DNA of 64,000 bases from Pelagomonas calceolata (GCA_918797485.1 CAKKNE010000005.1:1426001-1490000), one strand, 5' to 3'. Positions 53,601-63,491 are shown, counted from the first letter of the stretch. A program made the numbers and translations. Notes: generated from the letters alone by a model not told the origin.

Positions 53601-55187
53601 ATCGGTCACGACCTCGCCGTGGTGCGCATTCACATCATTTTCCGACCTCTGAGCCTTTAACGCATCGTCGACGTCCCAGCAGTGCAGTCTATTTTTACCG
53701 CAGATCGTGAAGAGGGCCTTGATCGTGTTCGCCCAGATCAGCATCCGATGCACGGACACCGTGACGACCTGGCCCGTGACCTTGTAGGTCCGATGGGCCC
53801 CGTTGCAGTTCAGGACCTCCTGCATGAGGCGCCACGTGTGGTCCGAGAGCGCCACCACCAAAGACTTCTTCTCGGGGACGTGGTGGACGTCGTGGACGTA
53901 GCCGTCCAATTGCATGTCTTCCTTCCCTTCCCCGATCTTCGGGAAGTAGAAGTCGTGCTCGAAGCGGGCCAACCTATCCCAACATTCAAAACCATTTGTT
54001 TCTTTCCGGATGACGAAGATCCTACTCTTCAGAGCGTGCGCGCAGTGCATGCGGTGGATGGACTTGTGCCTCTGGGCGGTTCGGACGTGCCCGTCGTCCA
54101 AAACGTATCTTATCTCGAACTCGTCGGCCGTCGTGCCGCCCTTCGAGGTGCTACTACCAGTACCCACGGCAATTGTAAAATTCGTGAACTCCTCCCAGTC
54201 GACCTTGCCGTCGCCGTTCACGTCGATTTGCCTGAATAGCTCGCCGACTAGCCTCACGCAGTTCGCCGCTTCGCGCTCCGAACTTTTGAGTATTGGCTCG
54301 ACATCTGCCAGCGCCGGAAAGACCGCATGAATAAACTGGTCAATATCTAGACCGTCCATCTGTTTCAGGAAGCGCGGTTTGAGTCTAGGTAGGGTTTGAG
54401 AGGATAATTGGGCGCAGATGTCTCCCACACTATGGAACGCGAGTTTGTCCTCGACCGCGAGCCAAGGGAACAGGGACACCATGCTCTGCTGGACCTGGTG
54501 CGTGACTTCGCTTCTTGTTCTGGAGTAGGACTGGGCGAGTCGCCCACAGACCGTCCAGTTGCACGGCGTCTGTTCGAGGACCGGAGGCGGTAACGATTTC
54601 AGCCTCGCTAACGCCTTCGCGGCCTTGTCCGCCGTCTCGCAGCGCGTCAGATCGAACAGCACGACGAAGTTGTCGTCCTTGCCCAGCGGCAGGTAGTCCT
54701 CGTCGTCGTCCGACTCGGCCTCGAAGTGGTCCGCGACCAGTCTTCCCCTGAAGAGAGTCTCGGATTTCAAGACGGCTCGTTCCTGCCAGGGCCGTTCCGA
54801 CGCCGCATCCCGAAAGGCCAAAGACACGATGAACACCTCGAGATCGTCCAGCATCGAAGACCCAAAGGACCCCGCGAACTGAGAAGCGACGAGAGCCACG
54901 CTATGACACTTGTCATTGATCTTGCGCGTGTCGATGAACAACTCCTCGTCGCTCCGCCCTTCGTCGGCGCCGACCTCGTCTCCCCCATAACCGCACGCGC
55001 CGTCAGATGAAGTGGGATTATTAAAATCTACCGTTTCGAGCGACCGGCCCTGCGCGTCCAGCAAAACGCAGCCTAGATCTAAATCGGCGATCTCCTCTCC
55101 CGACGAATCCCATTCGATCCTTATGAGCAGGTTCGTGTGCTGGGGCTGGAGGCGGTGGCGGAAGTCGGGGTCGAGGCTCTGGCGCAT
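50670..55187 (-). CDS. TerD + EF-hand + WD40-repeat + EF-hand protein
   Basis: TerD-like IEWD..ADLDLGCVLLD..VDFNN..SDGA..GDE..DEELFID. EF-hands DVNGDGKVDWEE, DVDFSGMIDMEE and DSDRDGLLTMLE. WD repeats such as LATSSLDKKVKLWD. Confidence 0.85.
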   Translation of the reverse strand: MRQSLDPDFRHRLQPQHTNLLIRIEWDSSGEEIADLDLGCVLLDAQGRSLETVDFNNPTSSDGACGYGGDEVGADEGRSDEELFIDTRKINDKCHSVALVASQFAGSFGSSMLDDLEVFIVSLAFRDAASERPWQERAVLKSETLFRGRLVADHFEAESDDDEDYLPLGKDDNFVVLFDLTRCETADKAAKALARLKSLPPPVLEQTPCNWTVCGRLAQSYSRTRSEVTHQVQQSMVSLFPWLAVEDKLAFHSVGDICAQLSSQTLPRLKPRFLKQMDGLDIDQFIHAVFPALADVEPILKSSEREAANCVRLVGELFRQIDVNGDGKVDWEEFTNFTIAVGTGSSTSKGGTTADEFEIRYVLDDGHVRTAQRHKSIHRMHCAHALKSRIFVIRKETNGFECWDRLARFEHDFYFPKIGEGKEDMQLDGYVHDVHHVPEKKSLVVALSDHTWRLMQEVLNCNGAHRTYKVTGQVVTVSVHRMLIWANTIKALFTICGKNRLHCWDVDDALKAQRSENDVNAHHGEVVTDLVFLRDKGLLATSSLDKKVKLWDVDNLMPRGTLCGHSLGVRCLSYAQGLLVSGAFDCRVVCWDVTSHEQVVVLEGHRRAISYVALVAETAENVHVQTLDDDGDCKYWKVDRDGGIATQVDNFKLPYLDPSGPTRNIVRPNNRELSQEDWPDLLVGGAKLFRLIPSKSMKDFQAPAACLYNKTSKDYVLAVGKALVVYEATTGFYARRIPLSRQISAAAFDVPRERRVVLGTENGEVLVVNYISGEVISKIRAHTGEIVGVAHGGDKARCVISAGRDNCLKVHQETSKGLELLRTVENAQSWVGSLAYSPVLSLIATGSRSGRVALWDFCTLQQMQNLQCRGAVASVLFLDPRPLLLTGDAHGSIIMWLVRPKKQVSTLCVIEGAGSGITSLTRFDSTHHIACGTDDGLIVMWDALSIESIAPLTLMERPDRDATYKPYRKAHRDQGRCDYARIIECDTTEALEPLASVKAHDDAVLYVLGVDRPQCIYSTSSDGVQRLWRLDELHIQTESEIDSFAGPAPAPIEPETILACCGCFDLPNKPADTFTSFQEVEWDYFDREKAAATAKDRERAKTMLQLVEKKRDMKQIFRRAVKKVMLVLAFGGKVELANEFRDDEGVQKEWARRLDQRSPGQRDASMRRSRLRTDRACEGTGPAAREGLRNKVIAQMGSPTPPPKVVSGPQKRINDFMERIGRIPEARPAFSEPSIRNGIKEGLYHGEEERYLTQLREYPEKLAAYARRVNGGHANMPLGSDTIVEDEPLVKIENGLPVINKGVKHMALDDVARSPTLVRNVQEKMDDETTLTSGKKAVKTRMEHHRRRSLKKRPSTVNIIELVRPHYTEKDVQAFQDAFEFVDVDFSGMIDMEEWFLFLRRMEQRLNPVEAQLLFLHLDSDRDGLLTMLELLQIVFSKLERRDQVALHKVCWDAHLHLAARRKQKDMELLIQKRTERLLGRGGDDSSVGSRSVGSFTLSTVTGVL

Positions 55188-55801
55188 CGTCGAGAGACGT
55201 CGACCGCCGCCGGGGGGCAGCACCCGGCGCCCTGAAAGCGACGGGCAGCCTCCCCTCCGGCCTGGGACGGCAGGCTCTTGCGCCAAGCCGTGCGCTGCGG
55301 CATATGTATGGTACCGTAGGTACCATATACTAAAATCCCGCGTCGGCTCCGCGGCTAGGCGCCCTAGGTCTAAGCATAGCAATCATAAAGTAAGGAGGTA
55401 TTGAAACTAGCAATCGTCGATTTTTTTTTCATACTAGGCTTTGGCCGGCACTAGGCTTTGGCCCATGATTTTGAGTCGTGGCTCTCGTAGGCTCTGTTGC
55501 AAATTGCACAATACTAGACTCCGTACGCACCGGCGCATCAAGGAAATAGCCTCGTGGGTACCCCCGCGCGTTGCGCAAGCAGCCTCCGGGGCAGCACCCC
55601 CCTTCGCGCGCGCATCAAGGACAGCATCGCAAGCAGTGGTCAGGCGACGCCGTCGCCGCGGTCGCGGTTCGGATTCACGCCGTCGACACGCTGCTGAGGC
55701 GCGCCTGGAAGCCCCTATGCGAAGGGGGCTGCAATCTATCTCGCGCTGGCGGGCCCGCGGAGGCGGCGTGACGTCTCATCCCGCGCAGGCGAAAAGCGCA
55801 G

Positions 55802-56302
55802 ATGGCAGAACCTGGGCCTGGCAGCCCGTCAGACAGCTGCCACCTTGTCTCCGCTGAGAGCCTCACTGACCATGGCGCGGGGTTCCCGTTCGGAGAGTCG
55901 GTACGGAACGCAAACATCTACTCGGTCAGGCTGTTAGGGATGAAACCGGGAGGCCTTCCTAAGCACAGCTTCAAGTTAATGGTCGGCCTCGACGAGCCGG
56001 AGCGACTTAGTGGGTTGGAGAGGGACGCGTTCACGCGGGCCTATTTCGCGACGCTTAAATTCCGTGAGGGCATCTTGACCATCGGCCAGGACGGAGAACC
56101 TACACTGCAACGAAACACGTCTATCATGCTCAAGGCGGCGGGAGTCTTGGAAAAAACTTATGTTATCATCGCCATCCAGTTCTTGGGTACGTTGCCCGAA
56201 GTGCCAATGCTCGGCCCTCCACTTCGGGAGTACTCTCTCCCGACAACACCGATTTCGCGATTAGTACAGGACCCAAGATACAACCCAAGACCTCCGGTGT
56301 AG
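55802..56302 (+). CDS. Orphan 166-aa protein, tandem copy 1
   Basis: ORF preserved in both repeat copies, with ATG at the homologous position. Confidence 0.55.
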   Translation: MAEPGPGSPSDSCHLVSAESLTDHGAGFPFGESVRNANIYSVRLLGMKPGGLPKHSFKLMVGLDEPERLSGLERDAFTRAYFATLKFREGILTIGQDGEPTLQRNTSIMLKAAGVLEKTYVIIAIQFLGTLPEVPMLGPPLREYSLPTTPISRLVQDPRYNPRPPV

Positions 56303-56938
56303 GTTTCAGACACGTCGGCAGCGCTCCTCGGGGACGGAGGTCACCCCGATTAGGAAGCGCGCCCCTGAGTAAAATATAAATACGACATGGCAGGCTCTCG
56401 CACGCCGCGTTGCGAGGTACTGGTATGGTACTGCGTATACGTACCGTGGTACCAACATACAATAATGATGATAATAATCCCGCGTCGGCTAGGCGACCTA
56501 GCTCTGCGCATGATTAAGGAGGAATTGAAACTAGCAATCGTCGATTTTTTAAGCCGCCCTCAGTCCTAGTATGTTTTTAAAACATACTAGGAGTGTCGGC
56601 GGCTTGTTAGATTTTGATCGTAGGCTCTGTTGCAAATTGCACATCATTAGACTCCGTACGCACCGGCGCATCAAGGAAATAGCCTCGTGGGTACCCCCGC
56701 GCGTTGCGCAAGCAGCCTCCGGGGCAGCACCCCCCTTCGCGCGCGCATCAAGGACAGCATCGCAAGCAGTGGTCAGGCGACGCCGTGCCGCGGTCGCGGT
56801 TCGGATTCACGCCGTCGACGACACGCTGCTGAGGCGCGCCTGTAGAGGCACCCTATGCGAAGGGGGCTGCTTTCTATCTCGCGCCGGCGGGCCCGCGGGC
56901 GGCGTGACGGTCTCACCCCGCGCAGGCGAAAAGCGCAG

Positions 56939-57445
56939 ATGGCACAAAATGTCAGCACTGAAGACGGGCGCCAGGCCTCCGCTGAGAGCTTCGCTGGCCA
57001 GGACACTAGAGGCTTGGTCCCTTACGGAAAGCCTCTGGAGAACGCAGACATCTACTGGGTCGGAACGGTAGAGATGAAACCGGGAAACCTTCCTAAGCAC
57101 AGGTTCAAGTTAATGGTAGGCCTCGGCGAGCCGGAGCGATTTAGTGGGTTGGGGAGGGACGATTTGGCGCGGGCCCAGTTCGCGGCGCGTAAATTCGGTG
57201 AGGGCATCTTGGCCATCGGCCAGGACGGAGAACCTACACTGCAACGAAACACTTCTATCATCCTCGAGGCAGCGGAATTCTTGGAAACTTGCATGATCAT
57301 CGACATTCAATTCTTGGGTACATTGCCCGAAGTGCCAATGCTCGGCCCTCCACTTCGGGAGTACTCTCTCGCGGCAACACCGATTCGGCGATTACTACGG
57401 AACCCCGCATTACAGCACCCCGGAATTGCGAATTCACTTCCGTAG
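56939..57445 (+). CDS. Orphan 168-aa protein, tandem copy 2
   Basis: Paralog of 55802-56302 (shared IGQDGEPTLQRNTSI and IQFLGTLPEVPMLGPPLREYSL). Confidence 0.55.
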   Translation: MAQNVSTEDGRQASAESFAGQDTRGLVPYGKPLENADIYWVGTVEMKPGNLPKHRFKLMVGLGEPERFSGLGRDDLARAQFAARKFGEGILAIGQDGEPTLQRNTSIILEAAEFLETCMIIDIQFLGTLPEVPMLGPPLREYSLAATPIRRLLRNPALQHPGIANSLP

Positions 57446-57570
57446 GATTCAGACACGTCGGCAGCGCTCCTCGATCCCCGAACCCCGAATTAGAAAGCGC
57501 GCCCCTGAGTAAATATTAACTACGACCTAACACACAAGTTTAAAAACACGCTTCCTCTCGTCGCGCGCGA

Positions 57571-58062
57571 CTACGACTCGTCCAGCAGGCGTGCTCGCTT
57601 CGCGGCGCTGGCGCCGTCGTCTTCCGACGACGAGTCCCCGTCGTCGAGGGCGATCTCGGCCGGGTCTCCGCCGACGTCGTCGTCGCTGTCGTCGGCGTCG
57701 AGGACGATCTCGGACGGGTCCCGCGCGGCGGCCTCTGACACGGCGGGCGGAGGCGCCGCGGCGCGCGGGGCGAGGGGCGCCCAGGGGTCGCCCACGACGG
57801 CGTCGTAGTTGAAGCGCGGCGGTCCCTCGTCGCGCCGCGCGCCGCCGCCGCGCCCGCGCCCGCCGCCGCCGCCGCCCTTGCCGCGCCGGCGTCCGCCTCT
57901 GCCGCCGCCGCCGCCCTTGCCCTTACCGCGTCCCCCGAAACCCCTGCCGCGGCCTCCGCGGCCCTTGCCGCCCTTGCCACCGCCCTTCCCGCCGTACTGC
58001 GGGAATTGGGCCGCCAGCAGCGGGTGGGGTGGGCCCCCTTTGCCATACTGCTGCTGGCTCAT
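57571..58062 (-). CDS. RGG/Gly-rich small protein, possibly MPLKIP/TTDN1-like
   Basis: RGG tract, then FNYDAVVGDPWAPL (DPW motif), two DPxEIxLD motifs and a C-terminal NLS-like KRAR. Confidence 0.55.
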   Translation of the reverse strand: MSQQQYGKGGPPHPLLAAQFPQYGGKGGGKGGKGRGGRGRGFGGRGKGKGGGGGRGGRRRGKGGGGGGRGRGGGARRDEGPPRFNYDAVVGDPWAPLAPRAAAPPPAVSEAAARDPSEIVLDADDSDDDVGGDPAEIALDDGDSSSEDDGASAAKRARLLDES

Positions 58063-58393
58063 TGTGTGGCACTCGTGCGGTGTCGTTTCTGCAGCAGTAA
58101 GGAGAAGCAATCGGCCTTTTAAATACGTTGGCTGGCTGCAAGGCTATGCAGCGGTGTGTTTAGGCTGGGATTCGTTTAGACTGTTTTTGTCTGCAGAGCC
58201 AGAGGCAGAGGCAGTGGCTCCAGAGTTTGCTCCAGTCAAAAATCGGGCAATTCACAGCCTGGACGGGCAGTGCGGCAACGTAGCGCGACGCACGAGTCGT
58301 AAAACTTGCCGCATTGCACAGCACAGCGAAAACCGCGCGTCGAGCCATTGACAAGGTGCAGACACCTTGAGCAGCACTGAGGGCGTCGCAGTT

Positions 58394-58987
58394 ATGCTGA
58401 AATCACTCATACCACTCATTCTTGCGACAAGGACGCGCGCCTGCGTCCTCTGCCGGGCCAAAAAAGTAACCGCGCCGCCGCGACCGGGCTGCGGCCCGCC
58501 GCCGCGCGCGGCCGCGGCCGCGGGCGTCGCCGCGGCCGTCGCCGCCGCGCCCGCCTACGCGGTAGCCGACGCGCCGGGCGGCGACGCGCCGCTCATCGCG
58601 GCGGCGCTCGCGTTCTTCGTCGCCGTGCTCGTCGACGCCGGCGGGGACCCCGTCGATCCCGAGCGCGAGCCGGACCTCGCGAACTTCGGGGGCGAGCCCG
58701 AGTTCGCCTACGTTCTTTTGAGGGGCTACAAGCGGGCGATCTCGCCGAACCTGCCGAAGAACTGCCGCTTCGTGCCGACGTGCTCCGAGTACACCGCGCT
58801 GGCGATCAAAGAATTCGGCTTCGCGAAGGGGTTTGTGTTGTTCATCTGGCGGCTGATGCGGTGCAACCCCGCGGGGGGCAAGGGCTACGACTCGCCGGCC
58901 TGGCCGCCCGTGGGCTTCAAGGCCGGCGACGCGCTGCCCGCGCCGCGCGGGCGGATGCCCTCGCTCGTTGAGGAGGACGTAGACTAA
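58394..58987 (+). CDS. yidD: YidD-like membrane protein insertion efficiency factor (organellar)
   Basis: YKRAISP..PKNCRFVPTCSEY..AIKEFG..KG....WRLMRCNP.GGKGYD, with an N-terminal targeting-like extension. Confidence 0.9.
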   Translation: MLKSLIPLILATRTRACVLCRAKKVTAPPRPGCGPPPRAAAAAGVAAAVAAAPAYAVADAPGGDAPLIAAALAFFVAVLVDAGGDPVDPEREPDLANFGGEPEFAYVLLRGYKRAISPNLPKNCRFVPTCSEYTALAIKEFGFAKGFVLFIWRLMRCNPAGGKGYDSPAWPPVGFKAGDALPAPRGRMPSLVEEDVD

Positions 58988-58997
58988 ATTGGATTTG

Positions 58998-60547
58998 TTA
59001 CATGGCCCACGTCATCCGCTCGACGACGCGGTCCTTCAACCTATCCTCGAGGCCGTCGACCAGGCGCTGCGGCCCGCCGATCAGGACGTCGGCGTCCGCG
59101 CCCAATTCCTCATTCGCCCTTCGCAAAATGTCCCCGAGGTCGGGCCGCGCGCCGACGGTCGCGAAGACGAGCTCCGCGGCCGCATCCGCCTCGTCGATGT
59201 CCTTGAGCTCGAGCTCAGCGGAGCGATAGCTGCGGCGTCGCCGCCGCCGTATGCCCGCCGAAACCGCCAGGGCAATTACCGCGCCGACGAACGCGGCGGC
59301 GGCGCACACAATCAAGCTCAGACCGCCCGAGACGACGTTCGGGTTGCCGTCCTTGCGCCGGTCAAACAAGTATTTCCCGTGGCGGGCGAACGGCGCGTCC
59401 TCGCGCCAGGCGACGGCGTAGGCCGCGGCCAGGAAGCCGAGCCCACTTCCGAGCACAGCGGCGGCGTCGTCGCCGCCCGCCGCGCCGGAAGGGCCCGGCG
59501 GCGCGGGCGGCGCGGCGTCGGCCCCCTCCTTCGTCTCGTCGGCGGCGTCCGGAAAGAGGGGCGACGCCGTCGTCGTGGCCGTCGCATCGGCGTCCGTCGG
59601 CCACGGCGCGGCGACGGCGAAGAGCCGCTCGCCGTCGCGGCGGACCACGACGCGGCCGGCGCTCGGGCGCGTCGCTTTCTCGGTAACGGCGTGCGTGGCC
59701 GCCGGCGCGTCCGGCGCGCGCGTCAGGTGAATTTCACTGCTGAGCCACGGCTCCGCGGTGTCGCCCGCCCGTTGCACCCAGGCCGGCTCATCAGCAAGGC
59801 GTCCGGTCGCCGGCAGGCAGAACGCGTCGAGGCTCTCGAGCTGCGACGCCGTGCGGCAGATCGCGACGAGCCGGACGTGCGGCGCGCCGCGAGACTCGGG
59901 CCGCGCCGCCCGAACTGCGCGCAGGAACGCCGCGGCGGGCGCGAGGCCCGAGCCCGCGGCGACGACGAGCGTCCGCCGGCCGCGAGCCGCTTCAGCCGCC
60001 CGTGGCTGAGGCCTATAGCTCTAAAGGGTGGAGAGAACTGCTGGGCCGGCACGCCCAGCAGCGCCATGGGCACCATGGCGTCCCAGCCGAATTGATGCGC
60101 GTGACCTTTCAAGCACCGTACCTTGTCGTCGTTTTGACAGAACCAGGCCTTCGCCGACGGCGCGCGGCCGCGGCGGCCTCCCACTTTGTGCGACACGGCG
60201 TGGAGGCTGATGATGCGGCACGCGACGAGGAGCAACGCCAGCAACCCGACGCGGCTCGCGTTGTCTCCGACGCGGAACATGCGCGGGCCTTTGTACCGAG
60301 GCGGCCGTTTCCAGAGCTCGAGGCCCTCGGCCGCCGCGCACAGGGCCGCCAGTAGTACCAAAGCCGCGCAGGCCACGGCCCACTGCAGCTCCCAAAAGGT
60401 CCCGACGAGCCACGGCGGCGAGTCGCGGTGCTTCAGGTCGACGCCCCAGGCCGTCTCCCAGGCGAAGAGCATCCAGAGGTAGATTATGACGCACGCGACC
60501 GCGAGCGCCGCCGCGGCGAGTTTTCGACGGTGGGCGCGCGGAGTCAT
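58998..60547 (-). pseudogene. Ferric-chelate reductase (FRO/FRE)-like gene with internal deletion and frameshift
   Basis: The N-terminal TM region ends at ...PAQQFSPPFRAIGLSHG. A different frame then gives NAD-binding TLVVAAGSGLAP...VRLVAICR...RPDL...VLIGGPQRL. The heme-His helices and FAD domain are absent. Confidence 0.7.
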
Positions 60548-60760
60548 CTTTGCTCTTTGTCGACGTTCACCCTTCGCGCCGCGCGTCTGGCGTGTTTTTT
60601 TTTAGCTCAAGCCTCAAGGCCAGAGATGCACAGACTTAACCAGCGCGAGTCGGGAGATTACTCAGACCGACCCGTGGGCATCAGAAGATCGCCCCTTATT
60701 CGGCCCAGCCGCGTCCTGATGACTGTAAGGCCTGAAAAAAGCACAGCCCACAAAGCTCGA

Positions 60761-60784
60761 CCTAGCGGCCTGTAAGACACTAGC
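60761..60784 (+). promoter_or_regulatory. Recurrent intergenic motif copy
   Basis: CCTAGCGGCCTGTAAGACACTAGC, 172 bp upstream of the LSM gene ATG. Confidence 0.65.
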
Positions 60785-60955
60785 AAGCTGGGTAAGCTTG
60801 GCTGGGCCATCTGGCCAGGCTAGGCACGTACCACGCTCACAATTACTTCTGCCGCTCCCTCGTTTCACTGGTCGACACGCTCTTTGAGCCAATCCATCGC
60901 TGCGGACACTGCAGGCCTAGCAAAGCCAAGGACCCCTCGCCGCGGAGCCGCAGCA

Positions 60956-61315
60956 ATGCCGCCGGAAGACGCAACAACGCGCGCGCGCGTCGAACATTTA
61001 TTAGGACGCCGCCTGCGCTTCACGCTGCGGAGCGACGCGAACGGCGAGCGCGACGAGCGCGTCGTGACGGGCACGTTTCAATGTTTGGACCGCCACCGCA
61101 ACTTTATACTGCGGGACGCGTCGGAGCTGCGCATCTTTAAAGTAGGGGCGGGAATACAAAAAAGGCGGCGCGCGCTGGGCGCCGCGCTGGTGCCGGGCCG
61201 GCACCTGACCAAGGTCGAGGCGCTCCGGGGCGATTTGGACGCGGCCCGAGCCGTCGAAGACGGCCCGTTCCGCGGCGCCGTCGACCTGAGCTTGAGCGGT
61301 GTTGGCATAAGCTAG
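60956..61315 (+). CDS. Sm/LSM-fold protein, NAA38 (NatC auxiliary subunit)-like
   Basis: LLGRRLRFTL...RVVTGTFQCLDRHRNFILRDASE...RALGAALVPGRHLTKVE. Confidence 0.75.
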   Translation: MPPEDATTRARVEHLLGRRLRFTLRSDANGERDERVVTGTFQCLDRHRNFILRDASELRIFKVGAGIQKRRRALGAALVPGRHLTKVEALRGDLDAARAVEDGPFRGAVDLSLSGVGIS

Positions 61316-61935
61316 AATTGGTTACCCCGCGGCTTCGGCCGCCGCACTTCCACAAATGACGTCTGGTGCTCGGCGTGCTCGAACTGGTGCATGCGCGTCG
61401 CGAGGACCGCGTCGACCATGGCCGCGTGCGCGTACGTGACGAAGCCAAAGGACCGCTCCGCGTTCAGCTCCACCCTGTCGATCGTCCCGAACCGCTCGAA
61501 GTGCCTCCGAAACCGCTCCTCCGTCGTCACCTTGGGCACGCCGCCCACGAAGACGCGGCGCGGCTCCTGGTAGCCCCCCGGGAACGCGTCGTGCGGCCGC
61601 GCGCGGTCGTCGGCCGTGCGCAGGCGGTGGCGGCTCCGCGACCGCGACCGCGACCGCGACATTGACCGCGACGGCGAGCGCCGCCTCCGCCGCCGGTCGT
61701 AGTCGTCCCGCGGCCGCCGCTCGTCGTCGTCGCGGGAGCGGCGCCGCCGCTCGTCGCCGCGGCGGTCCCGCGCGTAGCCCCGGTCGTCGTCGCGCGGGCG
61801 CCGCGAGTGGCCGCCGCCGTCGGCCCCGCGGCCCGGGCGGTCGTAGCCGCGGGCGCGCAGTCGGTCGATGCTGCGCTCGTCGCGTCGACGGTCGTAGCGA
61901 TCCATGCGTCTGTCGTCGCCGCGCTGCCGGTCCAT
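61312..61935 (-). CDS. RD/RS-rich protein with C-terminal RRM
   Basis: RS dipeptides; RNP2 VFVGGV and RNP1 RSFGFVTY. Confidence 0.8.
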   Translation of the reverse strand: MDRQRGDDRRMDRYDRRRDERSIDRLRARGYDRPGRGADGGGHSRRPRDDDRGYARDRRGDERRRRSRDDDERRPRDDYDRRRRRRSPSRSMSRSRSRSRSRHRLRTADDRARPHDAFPGGYQEPRRVFVGGVPKVTTEERFRRHFERFGTIDRVELNAERSFGFVTYAHAAMVDAVLATRMHQFEHAEHQTSFVEVRRPKPRGNQF

Positions 61936-62102
61936 CTCCAATGCCGAAGGCCAAGAGGGCTGCCCGTAATTGCTGGCCTTGGTACCGGAGCCCTTCTAAT
62001 TTCTCACGGGCAGCCACGAGTGAATGGTTCGACGAGTTCCAGAGCCACAGCCTTTGGACATGCCCAGCGGCCGCACAATACCTCGTGTTCGAAGCCGTAC
62101 GA

Positions 62103-62126
62103 GCTAGCGGCATGTAAGATACTAGC
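62103..62126 (+). promoter_or_regulatory. Recurrent intergenic motif copy
   Basis: GCTAGCGGCATGTAAGATACTAGC, 159 bp upstream of the CHY gene ATG. Confidence 0.65.
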
Positions 62127-62284
62127 AATCCGCACGCGGTCGCAACGCTCGAGCGCTCAGTACGCTCTACTCGCCGCGCTGGACGCCAAGCGGTGATTCG
62201 TCGATCGCTTTCCGGCCCGCTGATAAGACCCCAAGCGAGACAGAACGCGACCAGGGTGGCAGCCCCACAACAACGAGCACAATC

Positions 62285-62767
62285 ATGGGCAAGGGCGGCT
62301 GCCGCCACGTGATCAACGCCCAGTGCTCCATCTTCATGGGCGACAAGAAGACGGGCGCCTGGTTCGACTGCCCCGAGTGCTACGAGGAAGTTATGGGCAA
62401 ACGCCTCGACCTCGCAATTATCGAGTCGCCCTTGACTCTGGTCTGCAAGGCCTGCCGCCAGCTCTTCCAGAAGGATTTGAGGATCTTTGATGAGGATGAT
62501 GCCGTTTGTCCGCACTGCGGCAACGCCTACGTGATACCTGCGATGACGCCCGAAAGTTGCTTGGTGCGGGAGGCGGCGCAGCTCTGCGAGCGTGCCATGG
62601 AGGAGGCTCTGAAAGGGCCCCTGGACGTGGGGAATGGGTTGGCCATGTCCAGCAATTTTGAGCATCTGGTGGACTATTCTGAATTACCGGCGTCGATGCG
62701 TCCAAAAGCGACGGCGGACCAGCCGCTCAACCTGGGGGGGCGGCCGGCGCGGAAGAAGAAGAAGTAA
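62285..62767 (+). CDS. CHY-type zinc-finger-like protein
   Basis: CRHVINAQCSI...WFDCPECY...CKACRQLFQKD...FDEDDAVCPHCGNAYVIPA.TP. Confidence 0.75.
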   Translation: MGKGGCRHVINAQCSIFMGDKKTGAWFDCPECYEEVMGKRLDLAIIESPLTLVCKACRQLFQKDLRIFDEDDAVCPHCGNAYVIPAMTPESCLVREAAQLCERAMEEALKGPLDVGNGLAMSSNFEHLVDYSELPASMRPKATADQPLNLGGRPARKKKK

Positions 62768-63491
62768 GCTTTGTTCATATAGCCTGTCGGCCAGATCCGT
62801 CGCTTCGAGTGCGTCGTCGTGCGGAAATGCGCACGATGGGACCGAACACCCGTCTTTGTGATACGCGGGCTGCTACGAGGCCTCGCAAACGCGCCCGACG
62901 GCTAAAAGTTCAAACTGGGCCAGCTCCGCACTAGCTAGCTCCGTGCTGAAGCTCTCCCGGACTGGGCTCCCACACTCGCGAGGTCGGCACGCGCGCGGCG
63001 ACGAGCAGCCCCTCCGGGGGAGGGTCCTTTATCACAAAAACCAGGGGCGCCCGGCGGCGGCGCCCGGCGGGGCCGAGGCACGATCAAATTTGGCAGCCCC
63101 CGGGGCCATTTCTCGCAGCTCGGCGGCCTTGTGCCCCGGCCCCGACCATGGACGCCATGGCCGCGGCCGCCTCCAAAATGAAAAACGAGGCGACGAGCGC
63201 GTCGACGCCGCCGAAGAAGAAGTCGACGCGCGTCGCCGAGGCGATCCGGGCGTGGCGGCGCTGCCCGAAGGCCTGGCGCGCCAAGTTGGTTGAAGGCGGC
63301 GAACCGGGGACCTCCGAGGTCGAGAAGCTGAAGCGCGCGGAGAAGAGGAAGGGCACATAGCCTCGCGCGCGTTACGGCCGGAACGCCGCGCTCGCCCGGC
63401 GACGGAGGGGTGGGCGTAACTTAATAGGAAAATTCCCCTCCTCCACGTTTCCGCCACGCTCCCCTGCGCTCCGAAGCAGGCGTCGCGCCGC

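Larger units (their letters stand above)
55310..57526 (+). repeat. Two-copy ~1.1-kb tandem duplication (about 55310-56386 and 56440-57526)
   Basis: Colinear similarity from AATCCCGCGTCGGCT to AAGCGCGCCCCTGAGTAAA; 55515-55653 is identical to 56648-56786. Confidence 0.95.

Noticed and set aside
63148..63360. 70-aa basic ORF, and similarly 15614-15847
   Set aside because: Short with no recognisable domain; could be remnants, not supportable as genes.
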